Source: Octopus bimaculoides
Lineage: Eukaryota
Length of the DNA stretch: 64,000 nucleotides
NCBI RefSeq assembly: GCF_001194135.2
Contig: NC_068992.1
Location: forward strand, 28,784,398 to 28,848,397
Direction of reading: 5' to 3'
A program made the position numbers and the translations under genes. Under the pieces are notes generated by a model. It saw only the letters and a list, made by a program, of their open reading frames with translations, did no database searches and was not told the origin of the DNA. Below, piece by piece: positions 13,942 to 26,219 of the stretch (position 1 is the first letter of the stretch; each line of letters opens with the position of its first letter).

Positions 13942-15509
13942 TTAAGCGAGATATTTTCTCCTCTATCATAGTTTCTTATCTTTCTATTCTATACTTCACT
14001 CAATTGAGGGATCTTATCTTGTAGATACATGGCAACCTCACTGGTGCTGGTGCCACATAAAAAGGACCTGGTACATTCTGTTAAGTTGTTGGCATTAGGA
14101 AGGGCATCCAGCTATAGAAACCATGCCAAATCAGACATAGAATTTGGCACAGCTTTTGGCTTGTCTGCTCTTCTTGAACAGCCCAACCCATGCCAGCATG
14201 GAAAAGGGGATGTTAAATGATGACGATGATGATGATTGAAGAGAGAATTTCTTTCAGTATGGTAGTTATTCTATCAGTCTCATACTTTGGATCATTAAGC
14301 TGTGGGACACATAGAGACACACTAAAATATCAGCTCTTTTGTTTCTTTTTTTCTGTACACATAAACACACACACATTTACACAACAAATTTATTTCAGTT
14401 TCCATCTACCAAATCCACTCATAAGGCTTTGGTTGGGTCAGGGCCATAGTAAAAGACACTTATCTAAGGTGCCATATAGTGGGACTGAACCTGAAACGAT
14501 GTGGTTGAGAAGCGAACTTCTTACCACACAACTATGTCTGCACCTTTATATATATGTATATAATATATAATGAATACATTAAAAGAGAGGCTTGTGTCAT
14601 GTGACTGCTGTTCTGAACAGAATTTCACCATTGTTGAAAATCTCTTCTATTCACACAGCAGAGATAAAATCTTATTGTTACATTACTTGTCTGCATTGAT
14701 ATTTAAGTTGCTAATTCCAGTTACTTCATTTCCTCTCTTTGCTGATATCACTAGATTTCTATTGTTACGTATAATGTCATCCTCTCAGTATTTGGGATCC
14801 TGTTGCTGCAAGCTGTGACATTCCATAAGGCCAAGAAATGCTATCTTTTACAACACTGCAACCATGAACTGATAATCCTGCTATATGAGTTCATCTCGGT
14901 CAAGAAACATTTTTCAGCAAATAAAATTTCATCTGGGTCATTGCAGCTTATTAACTTTTTTGATACCAACTCGCCTAAGACTGCCCCAGGTTCTATAACA
15001 TAGACATACTTGGAGAGTGACTGCTACTATTGCTAACATAACGCTGTCACATCATCCAACAGATGGTGAGTTGCCTACAACAGTTGGATATTTGTTTACA
15101 CCAACATTTGGAGAGTGACTGATATTAACATAATGCTGACGAATTTGGATAGATAAACAGAACCTGTATAACTAGACATTTCCCAGACTATTCTTCTTCT
15201 GAGGATGGGCCTTTGCACCTGAAACATAAAGGTTTTGTGAAACTTACCACATTGTCAGAATCTTTCCTATTTTTTTCTTTTCTTTCCCTTCTTCTATAAA
15301 CTTATTGTTTTTAAATGGTCTAAATTATAATCTTTCATCAAAATTTTATGCTAATTTGTTCCAACCCCAGCTTAATAATGATAAGGTTGTTTTGCTAAAT
15401 TCTTCATTGTTTAACAGATTAATTGAAACAAACGCAGTATATGTTGACAGAAACATGGTAACAAAAAGGTTAATAATAAGCAGTGCAACTTATTAGTAAG
15501 ACACTTTCC

Positions 15510-17100
15510 ATCAACATTCATTAAAGATTAAATCACAGCTTCTGTCATTAGTTTCCTACTCAGAAATAAAGGTTGAGATTTGGTTCGCTTTCCACGAATC
15601 ACTTTTTCAGTTGGTTCCTGTGTCTTTTTTGTATGCCTTTTCTACTTTTTACCCAATACCTCATTTTACCTATGCATTTGGTAATAACGTGATCTTCCCA
15701 ACTCTGCTTTCCATTCTTGTATGCCCTCATATACACCTTTTTACCAATCTTGCTATGTTTTTCCAAGCACTTTTTCTTTTCTTGCCAGGTAGCAATTTAT
15801 TGCAGACTGATTTTACTTGCCTCACAAACATCAACTCAGCAAGTGAGCTACCTGCTGGTGTATTCAGATTTGGTGTCACAAGGTACACTTTTAAAAATTG
15901 TTGTAGAGATACCACCTCATCTGTGACTATCTTATTTGATTTTCTAAGAGCTCTTTTGAAGGTATCAACAAAGCATTTTTCCTGTCCATTAGATCTAGGA
16001 TGGTATGGTGCCATAGTTATATGTCCCACAGCAAATGTTTCACAAAATTTTTTTAATTTGCTAGACACAAATTGCGTTCCATTGTCAGACACTATTTTGT
16101 CTGGGATGTCAAATCTTGCAAACAATTTGTGTATAAAATTTATCACTGTTGAGGAAGTTGATTTTTTATACTTACAAATTTCAGGCCATTTTGAGAAACT
16201 ATCATCTACCACTAAGTAGTGAGCACCATTTAAAAGACCAACGAAATCTATGTGCAGTCTCGAACACAGAACATCTACTTTTGGACAATGTTTACTTTTT
16301 ATCGTGGGCAAATCTTTAGTTCGTTTTGGTTTACATCCAGGTGTTCCACTCTGTTTCATTGCAATTTTTTGTTTCAGTCCCTCAGCTACATTCGAAACTT
16401 CAAATAGACCAACTATATTTCCACACAAAACACTTATGGGCATATTCCATACTTTAAATAGTTCCATCCACTCTGTGCTGAATAAACGAAGTGAACTTTT
16501 TAACACATATATCTTTGACTTCTTTGTTTGACCTCGAAATGGTACATTACATATGAATTCATAGAAAAAATATAATCTATTACCTGTAACACCATGTGCT
16601 ACCTTTTTAGATTTAATTAATTTTGGCTTACTGACATATTTCCGTGATTTTTTGTTTATAATGGTAATATCACTACCAGTGTCCAATTGCATTTTAACAC
16701 TTGTATTTCTAATTTTCACCTTCACAAATTTTCTCATCATTATACTACTAATTTCTTCCGATAACATACTATTTATTGGTTTTCCTTTGTTCTGCCGTTT
16801 TGTCATCTTTGCTCTACAGTGTGTCTTTATGTGTCCGATATTACCACAACAAAAGCACTTTGCTTTTTTAAATGGACAATTATAACTTAGGTGTATATCT
16901 CCACGTGCAAAATAGATTTATTTCCTGATTTTTGTTGTGTTTCTTAAAAAACACTTTATTCTGACTATTTCACACTTGCTTTACTTGAAAACAATCTTAA
17001 AGTTCAATTTCCTCTGTGTCATGTCTTAATTTGACTATCCTTCTGACACTTGCTGTAAGGTTATATCTGTTTGTGAAATAGAAGATACTTAGAGGAGTGA
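15510..17100 (-). mobile_element. Ty3/Gypsy (Mag/K02A2.6-like) LTR retrotransposon remnant: gag C-terminus, protease and integrase, with no RT/RNase H
   Basis: A CCHC knuckle CFCCGNIGHIKTHC lies in frame just before ORF 16806-15727. The ORF has the protease motif LDTGSD and the integrase core HIDF..SFSKWPE..SDNGTQF..YHPRSNGQ. Degenerate integrase C-terminus extends to ~15550. Confidence 0.9.
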
Positions 17101-17282
17101 GATATAAGTCATGTCTTATAAAATGGTATGGCCTTCAGCTGCAACTAAGAAAATCTTTAACAGCAGCTGAAATTATGGTCTTTATAAGCCTTATAAATTA
17201 AAAGTTTCTTGCCAGTAGGTGTGTTGGCTAACTTCATGGGTGTATTACATATGCATAGTCCCCTACATTTAAAGCACATTCA

Positions 17283-17775
17283 GCACCAACATTAAACAAT
17301 CTGCCCTTCACTCTGAGGAAAAAAACCTTTGTTACCGCAGCTGTAGTAGCTCCCTGAATTTCCTCCAGCCTGTTCTCATCCTGGTTACTATACTTTTAGA
17401 GGAACCTTCAAGCTCCATCCTCACCCCAGCTAACAAAAGCTATCAATTACTTTTAGTGGACCATCTGGGCATCTAAGAAAATCTATTTCCAGTGCTCATA
17501 GTAGGTACTGCTCAAGTGTCTCTATCACATATGAAGCTTACCTTCTCTGTTACTCTGATTGTGATCTCACTAAATCTCTCATGAATCCATAGTTTACAAT
17601 GGGTACATCACATAAAGTCTTTACTTACTCCTTCGCTGCACACTAAGTTAGACTTTTTCCCACAAAATACCAATGTCTTGTCTAAATTTGCTGTAAGACC
17701 TCTTGATTCCAGGTGCTTCTATGCCTGGAATTTGCTCTCAATCTCCTGTATAGATCCAACAATTTGCTGCAATAC
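17283..17775 (-). mobile_element. RTE-clade LINE RT fragment
   Basis: Degenerate translation gives IESKFQA*KHLESRGLTANLDKT and TRMRTGWRKFRELLQL..LRVKGRL, typical of the RTE RT C-terminal region. Confidence 0.75.
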
Positions 17776-17867
17776 TATTATGATAATACAGTTCTATATT
17801 TAAGAGATAAGGTATTATGTACATTATTTACATTTGATGGATATTTGTCCTCATCTTGTTTGTTGTT

Positions 17868-17913
17868 AACATAACGTTTCGGCTGATATACCCTCCAGCC
17901 TTCATCAGGTGTC
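17868..17913 (-). ncRNA. Second minimal hammerhead copy, with a stem I mismatch
   Basis: Minus strand reads GACAC-CUGAUGA-A-GGCUG(gaggguauau)CAGCC-GAAAC-GUU-AUGUU. The first stem I pair is C.A. Confidence 0.65.
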
Positions 17914-18192
17914 TTGGGGAAATTATGAACCTGGGTTCTCATTCCTAAGGTATTTTTTGATGTTATTATTATTATTATTATTATACAGGTCACTGCCTGG
18001 AATTGAACTCGGAATCTTGGGGTTAGTAGTCCGCGCTCTTAACCACTACCCTATATGCCAGTGGGCAATTATGGAGTGAATTTTAGGGCTTAGAAATCTA
18101 ATTCACTCCATAATTGCCTACGGGCATATGGCGTAGTGGTTAAGAGCATGGGCTACTAACCCCAAAATTCTGAGTTTGATTCCAGGCAGTGA

Positions 18193-18252
<60 letters not shown>

Positions 18253-18304
18253 CAACATCGAAAAATACCTTAGAAATGAGAACCCAGGTTCGAAATTTCC
18301 CCTA

Positions 18305-18350
18305 GACACCTGATGAAGGCTGACGGGTGTATCAGCCGAAACGTTGTGTT
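18305..18350 (+). ncRNA. Minimal type I hammerhead ribozyme (Penelope/retrozyme type)
   Basis: Sequence is GACAC-CUGAUGA-A-GGCUGA(cggguguA)UCAGCC-GAAAC-GUU-GUGUU. It has stem I GACAC/GUGUU, a 6-bp stem II, intact core boxes and a palindromic ACGU helix III. Predicted cut is after 18345. Confidence 0.75.
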
Positions 18351-20507
18351 AACAACAAACAAGATGAGGACAAATATCTGTCAAATGTAAATAACGTAAA
18401 TAATATGATAATGTATAGGTAGGAAACTGCTTGATGATATATAGAAAGAGACTAAGCAACTAGAAGTAAAATAAAAGTGAGTGAAGGAATGAGATGAGAT
18501 GTTTATCAAATTGCCCAAAGTGGCAAACAAGAGTAAGAGTGAGTGAGAGAGAGAGAGAGAGAATGAAAATTAGTGGGTTGGAGAAAGTGATACATTACAC
18601 CAGACATTACACCAGACCAAGTGGTTGCTATCGTTTGACCAAATGGAATGAACAATCACCATAACTCTGAGAGAGTGAAAAGATATAAATCTTCCAGTTG
18701 TGATGAATAATGGACGATTTCCCATGATACCTGAATTTTGCCATTACCAAGACACAAAACAGTCATTTAATCATTTAATCAAATTGACAATTATTTTTAC
18801 TAGTGTTAAGTCAAGGAATTTTATGCCGCTTTAACTAAGATGAGAAATGGGAACAATCTTGAAGTACATTTAAATAGCAGTAGAAAACAAAATAAATCCT
18901 TGTGGAATTCCTGTTTTACCATGAATATTCTAATGAATAAACTTCTTGACTGTTGAAAATGACAAATCTTTCAGTGGTCTGTAAATTATATGGTAATAAT
19001 TTTGCAAGTATAAGCTGGCAAGCTGATGGAATTCTTAACACTCCAGGCAAAATGCTTAGCAGCATTTCGCCAGTCTTTAAGTTCTGAGTTCAAATTTGCC
19101 TTTCATCTTTTCAGGGTCAATACAATAAGTACCAGTTATTGACTTACTCCAAAATTGCTGGTATTGTGCCAAAATTTGAAACCAATATTTTTTAAATATA
19201 GTATTATTTCATTTTCGTATTTGACTTGTAAGATTCTTGATGTAAACTCATGTGTTGAAACAAATTTTGTTGTATCTTGGAAGGGTCATTACACCAGTAA
19301 TAAACACAAGCGCTGGTTTAATTTCACTTCATTATTAATCAGTTGGTTAGTTACTCAACCAACTAACTAATCAATTGCTTGCAACTTTGACAAAAATCTG
19401 ATTGATTGATTAACAGAGTGATTAAGCAAGCAGTTAGTTAGTTAGTAGGTTAAATAACTAACCAATTCACTAATAATAAAGAAGTAAAACTGAACCAGTG
19501 CATGTATTTGTTGTTGGTGTCATGTCCTCTGAAAATGCAACAGAATATAGTATCATAGTTTTTAATTCAAATTTTTATATCATTAAACTACTCAGTGGAC
19601 CAGTAAAAAAATGTTTTAAGCAAAAAACAAAAGCAGTCATTTTAAAATATAAGTAGCTTTATACATGTATATTGTTGTGACTCAGAGTGGCATGTAGTAA
19701 TTATGTAATTATTGTAATAATTATTGATTTCAAATTTTAGCAAAAAACCAGAAATTTTGGGGAAAAGAGTAAGACTATTACATCGATCACAGTGGTACTT
19801 ATTTTATCAACCCTGCAAGGATGAAAGGTAAAGTTGATTTTGGTGGAATTTGAACACAGAACATAAAGATGGACAAAATGCTCTTAAGCATTTTGCCATG
19901 TCTGCTAACGATTCTATCAGCTCACCACCTTGAAGGTAAACTTGACCTCAGCAGAATTTGAATTCAGAGTGTAAAGGCTGAGGTAATGTTGCTAAATATT
20001 TTGCCTGATGTTCTAATGATTCTGCCAGCTCACTGCAAATGTAGTAATCCTTGGTAGCATTTTATAATTCAATCAAAGTGTAATGCCTTCACCTAAGAAA
20101 TATTTCAATAATCTAGTAATTATTATCATCATCATCATTTTAACAACCACTTCTCCACGCTTGCATAGGTTGAATGGAATTTGCTGAGACAGATGTCTGC
20201 AGCTGGATGCCTTTCCTGTCATCAACCTTCACCTATTTCCAAGTCCAGTAATATTCTGTCAGAACAGACATGTTTTCATGGAAGCCTGGAAATAAAGGAC
20301 ACTGCTTGCATGACTGACACTTGCTTACCACTATCACATGATCAAGGAGGCAGTAATACACACACACAATGGCCTTCTTTCTGTTTCAGTCTATCAAATC
20401 CTCTCACAAGGCTTTGGTTGGCCTAGGTCTATAGGGGAAGATACTTGCCCAAGAAACCATGAGGTTAGGAAACAAGCTTCTTACCACATTGTCACTTTGC
20501 TGGTTAA

Positions 20508-20728
20508 CCCTTTACCATTTAAACTGGCCATATCCAGCCAAAATATTCTACCTGTTTTATGCCCATACTTGCCAGATCTGACTTCTCACACCAGCCCTAC
20601 AATATCATTCTAATAAATTAACAGTTACATCATCAAAATCTCATACTAACAAGATAATGCATGATTAATTCAAAACAATGTGAATAAATAAGCATTGCTT
20701 TTGACAGAACAATGTGAATGCTAAAGAG
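20508..20728. mobile_element. ~220-bp piggyBac-like TTAA MITE family (representative copy)
   Basis: Ends are TTAA-CCCTTTA(G)CATT..ATGCTAAAG(A/G)G-TTAA. Other copies lie at 3806-4023, 9612-9831, 26594-26803, 30012-30628 (split), 30911-31526 (split) and 46318-46365 (partial). Confidence 0.85.
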
Positions 20729-21395
20729 TTAATGTCCATTTTGCCCAACTAGAAAAGGCTAATTTTTATGATCAGATGCTTTTCTTGTTGCCAAACCTTG
20801 CAGGTAAAGGTTGGTGACTGGAATGTAAAGGAATTTTTATTTTAATTCAGTTATTTAAAGAGGAAAGGACAGAACCCATTACCAATTTCGTTTTTTTTTT
20901 TTTTTCAGAGCTTAAAAACTAGAAAGAAGGGAGGAAAATTTTTTCTTAAACCAGTGACTTGGCCCAAATGTACATAACAGACTGAATCCCACTAAAGGCA
21001 CTCAAAGACTGGGGTTGGGGCAGGGTCAGCAGACATTAAATTGGGCAGCCAGATTAAGCCTACCATACAGAAATGATGAGAATTAAATTTTCACACTTTG
21101 GCAATTAAAGTAGATTACGTCTTTCTTTTCATTTATTTTATAACATTTAATTACAGGATATCTATGTTTGTACAATTAGTGAGTTATAGAAACATAAATT
21201 GGCTGATAGCAAAAGATAGGTAGAAAGCACAGTACATAGATAACTATATATATAGACACTCACAAACATATATAAGCAAACAACTAGTTTCACATAGATG
21301 TATATATACATGTATGTGTGTAAACATAAACACACACAAATACACAAGTATGTGTTGGTGCATTTATTTACATCTGCATTTACTTATACATATCC

Positions 21396-21444
<49 letters not shown>

Positions 21445-21804
21445 CGTGTGTGTATCATTTAACATCCACTTTCTATGTTGGCATGGGTTAGATAGTTTGA
21501 CTGAACTGGTATGCAAGAGAGCTGTACCAGGTTCCAGTCTGATTTGGCATGGTTTCTCTGGCTGCACGCCCTTCCTAACGCCAACCACTCCAAAAGTGTA
21601 ATGGGTGTTTTTCACAAGCCACTGGCCACGACTATGATTTCAAGCACAGCAAATTGNNNNNNNNNNNNNNNNNNNNNNNNNNNNNNNNNNNNNNNNNNNN
21701 NNNNNNNNNNNNNNNNNNNNNNNNNNNNNNNNNNNNNNNNNNNNNNNNNNNNNNNNNNNNNNNNNNNNNNNNNNATTTTAGTTAAAACCCACTAAAACCT
21801 TGTG

Positions 21805-21843
<39 letters not shown>

Positions 21844-22236
21844 TATATAATCTCTTTTTCTTTTGCTTGTTTGAGCCATTAGACTGTGGCCATACTGGGG
21901 CACAGCCTTAAAAAATCTTAGTCAAATGAATCAACCTCAGTATCTATGTTTTTTTAAAGCCTTTCAGTTTCTCTTGTTGAACTGTTAAGTTACAGCAATG
22001 TAAACACACCAACACCGGTTGTCAAGCTTGGGTGCATACAAACACACCCACAAAGATACGCACACATGCCCACACACATATATAATAGGCTTCTTTAAGT
22101 TTCTATCTACTAAATCCACTCACAAGGTCTTGGTTGGCCTGAGGCTATAGTAGAAGATACTTGCTCAAGGTAAACGTGAAACTATGTGGTTGAGAAGCAA
22201 ACTTGTTACCCCACAGACACGATGCACCCTTTGCTA

Positions 22237-22272
<36 letters not shown>

Positions 22273-23959
22273 TGTCTGTGTTTTTTTCCCCAAAACTGCA
22301 TGACAAATGGTTTGATTAATTTACATTCCTGTGGAGAGAACAATATAAATAGATGCACATACACACTGTTCTTTTGTCTTGACATCATGTGATTGTTGTA
22401 AACAAGTGTTTACAGGTAGTGTTCTTTGTTTCCAATTTTCCATGAAAACCTATCTGGTCATGGGGAAATTATTACCTTGGCTGCAAACAGATAAGGTTTG
22501 GCAACAGGAAAAGCATCCAGTCATAGAAAATCCACCTTAACAAAGCTGGGACCAACCCACTTGAGCATGAAAAAGTGCATGTTAAGCTGATAAGGAACAC
22601 ATACACACGAAACTACATACGCATATCCATTTAGAAATGTGTTAGAAAGCTATGAAAGCATGAAGACAAAATTACAGAGAAAAAAAATTATGGTAAAACC
22701 AAAAAGAAGGCAAAAAAGAAATTAGATCTATTAATGGTAAATTGTTGGTAAATGGAGAAGGGACACACACACACACACACATGGCTTTCAAATGGCACCC
22801 CTGCCCCCACTCCCAGTTCATCCTAATATCCAGTGTAATTATTTCCAATTTTACTAATGATCTACTCTTTACTTAAAACACATACATTACTGACACAGGC
22901 TATTAAGGATAATAACAGCAAAAACAACAACTATGATTGAACCTTGAACAGGTCTCTCAATTGTTCATTGTTGCTAGCCAACTGACATTGTTAAAACCCA
23001 CACACAGTTACCATATTTGTAGACATTACTAATATCAATTGCCAGCTCAATCCACCTCCTCCTCCTCCACAATGATGAAGTCATGACCCGCTTTCAATAC
23101 TCAAAAACAGTTGTGCTGTCTGTTGTTCCCTCCTTAAAATAAGTAGACTAACACGGTTATACATTATTTTCATAAATGACATAATCTAACCTCCATTCTG
23201 ACTCTTTCTCAAGTGTCACAGGTGTCAGTGAACGAACACATACATACATGTGTACATACATGTGGCTTAGTGGTTAGAGTGTTGGACTCACGACTGTAAG
23301 ACTGTGGTTTCAATTCCTGGATCTGGCGACATGTTGTGGTCTCGAGCAAAACACTTCATTTCACCTTGCTTCAGTCTACTCAGTAGGTAAAAACGAGTAA
23401 TCCTGTGACAGGCCAGCATCTCATCCAGGTGGGGAATTTATATTCCATGAAAACTGGGAAACCAGCCTTATCAGTTGGCATGATTCAAGAAGGTAACTTT
23501 TTCTAGTACCTCACATGCATGTACATGTGTATTATCATTGAGTGATGTTGGGGTACAAATATACAAAGCCCAATATACCCATCATGACTGCCCATCTGAT
23601 AAAAGCATACTAAGCACATGCATCACAACTATATAGGCTGTTTAAAGATGATGACTAAAGCACCCATGTTTCCAGGAATTAATTATTCAAACTCCAAAGA
23701 ACCCCTCTCAACACATGGCTATGATGCTCCCCACCACTCATGCTTGTGATCAGAGATGCACATATTGTCAGCCACTAAGGGGCATGTTCGTTGGTTACAA
23801 TCAAGCAAGTGACAAGCAAATCCGTGTATTAAGTAGAATATTTGGTGTAGCCCATCTTTTACACCAAGACAAATCATGTACATGATAACAATTCTAATTA
23901 GTTAAGATCAAAAGCCATGAGATCCACTGCCTAGTACATGACAAGCTTCTTTCAGTTTC

Positions 23960-24188
23960 CTATTTCTTTATTGCCCACAAGGGGCTAAACATAGAGGGGA
24001 CAAACAAGGACAGACAAGGGGATTAAGTCGATTATATCAACTCCAGTGCGTAACTGGTACTTATTTAATCGCCCCCGAAAGGATGAAAGGCAAAGTCGAC
24101 CTCGGCGAAATTTGAACTCAGAACATAATGGCAGACGAAGTACCACTAAGCATTTCGCCTGGCGTACTAACGTTTCTGCCAACTCGCC
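23960..24188 (-). mobile_element. SINE family with GAGGTCGACTTTGCCTTTCATCC body (representative, nested)
   Basis: 15-bp TSD GCTTCTTTCAGTTTC. Other copies lie at ~2720-3050, 10320-11000 (three), 19020-19190, 19730-20040, 28370-28590, 44020-44230 and 58540-58750. Confidence 0.85.
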
Positions 24189-25140
24189 GCTTCTTTCAGT
24201 TTCTGCTGATCAAATCCCTTCATAAGGCTGCATCTGAAGCCACACAGTTGGGAAATGAACTTCTTAACCACTAGGTCATGCCTGCGCCAACCAAAATGCA
24301 AAACAATACTTCACACAAGCACAACATAAAAGACTAATCTTAATATCAACACAAAACTGAAAAAACATTACTTAACACTTTCTTTTCAAAGTGTGTGTGT
24401 ACGTGTGCATGTGTGTATGTGTGTCTATGTGTGTGCACAGCCAAAGTGACTTCTGTACTTAAAACTAAATATTCAATTTTAACAATGGAAATCATACAAT
24501 TGAATTAAGACATACTTTGCATGTACATAGCCTCTTTTAAAATCATCTTTCATAAAAATAAAATGAAAGATTTTTTTTTTTTCTACATTAGATTTATTTG
24601 CATATCTTTTGCATGCATTCACGTCATGCATTAATGCAGAAAACACTGCAGTCAAATTGTATTTTCCTACCAGTCACTCCTCTTAACAGGTTTCCATATC
24701 AGCTATTATTTTGTTTCTTCTCACACTGACTGACCAAAAGAAACCCTCAGTGCCTCCCATGCCGCTTTCAAATGCTACTTCTCTCCCGCCTCCTCTTTTA
24801 TCTTTTCTTTTAGTTGTTTCAATCACTTGACTGTGGCTATGCTGGGACATTGCTTTGAAGGATTTCAGCTGAACAAATCAAAACCAGTACTTCGTCTTTT
24901 TTCAAGCCTGGTACTTATTCTATACGTCTCTTTTTGCCGAACAGGTAAGTTACAGGAGATGTAAACAAACCAACACCAGTTGTCAAATAGGAGTGGGGGA
25001 CAAACACAAAGACACACACACACATATATACATCCACATATTTATACACATGCATGATTAATATATATATATATATTAAATGGACAGTGCTCCAGCATGG
25101 CCACAGGCAAATGCCTGAAACAAGAGAGTAAAAGAATATA

Positions 25141-25330
25141 CGAGAGTGTACTGAAAAATTCCTGGCTTTGGGTAAAAGTAAATACAGGAGGATTAGTTAA
25201 TTATGATTTTGTTCAACATATTCCCCTCTCAGATTCACATATTTATTGCAGCGAACCTTCAGTTTTTCAAAGCGCTGTAAAAGGGTTGGGAAGGTCGGGC
25301 CTCCAGCCAGGCCTTTTCAGCTCCCCCTCA
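25141..25330 (+). mobile_element. mariner-like left end
   Basis: TA followed by CGAGAGTGTACTGAAAAATTCCTGGC, a mariner-type TIR start. No ORF. Confidence 0.55.
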
Positions 25331-26219
25331 AATACACACACATACATACATACATATATACTATACACACACACAAACACACAAGCAATGAACATCTTTC
25401 AGCTTCCATCTATTGAATCCATTCCCCAAGGCTTTAGTCAGCTTTCGGCAATAGTAGAAGACATTTGTCCAAGGTGCCACACAGTGGGAAGCAAACTTCT
25501 TACCACAGTCATGCTTTCATCTTTCCTTGATCTTTAGTTATACCAATTTTCTTCCCCTGCAGTTTATTTTATAGTCTTCTTCCTCATAAATATAAAGTCC
25601 CCAAGGTTATTTGCATTACTCTTTGCCATATCTCTTTCTTCTGATGCTATAGTTTTACAGTTTGTAGGCTATTCATTCAATGAATAAACCTACATATTTA
25701 TATGTGACAGAAGTGACTAGTTGTTGTTGTGCCAACTCAGGTCAGCTTTGATCAAACATATATCTTCAAAAGACACTACTATCATGACTATCTAGTTGAT
25801 TTTATTGATCACGTTATCCAATGTATTTATTCACCATTGGTTTTTCTAAGACACATAAGATGTAATCTGAAGGAAATGTTGCTACATTTTTTTAACTCAA
25901 TACAGAGGTGAAAGAAATAGCAGTAAAACTCTTTAAACTGCTGGCCCCGTGATCCATAAAAGAGCACCTAAACTTCCCAATAATGGATCCAACAAGAATC
26001 TTTTAATGTGGTTGTTTGAACAAATCAAAATAGAAGTCAAGTACCGTTCCAATTGCAAAAATAAAAAAGAAAGTGATAAGAACACATTGGGTAATGTAGT
26101 TCAAGATACACAATGCATATGTGCAACAGAATGGTCATGGCTCCAACACCTTTGTTTGTAGATTTGCTCAGAAAGGGCTAAATTGGGATGAAATGATAAG
26201 TAGCAAACTACAATGCTTC

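Larger units (their letters stand above)
17788..18403. mobile_element. Foldback of two head-to-head tRNA-headed, hammerhead-bearing non-autonomous retroelement copies
   Basis: Arms 17820-18082 and 18100-18398 are reverse complements, roughly 90% identical by eye outside the (AAT)n tract. The spacer is 17 nt. A flanking direct repeat TATGATAAT lies at 17779-17787 and 18404-18412. Confidence 0.8.

Noticed and set aside
14570-15503. 3' LTR of the Gypsy remnant (candidate TGT starts at 15503 or 15000 on the minus strand)
   Set aside because: There is no second LTR to compare and no convincing polypurine tract, so boundaries cannot be supported.
15611-16219. 202-aa plus-strand ORF
   Set aside because: Antisense shadow of the Gypsy integrase frame.
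18122-18195. tRNA gene (Ser-like, CTACTAA loop)
   Set aside because: The acceptor and anticodon stems do not pair properly, so it is a tRNA-derived element head. The same holds for heads at 8375-8447, 36347-36420 and 56970-57042.
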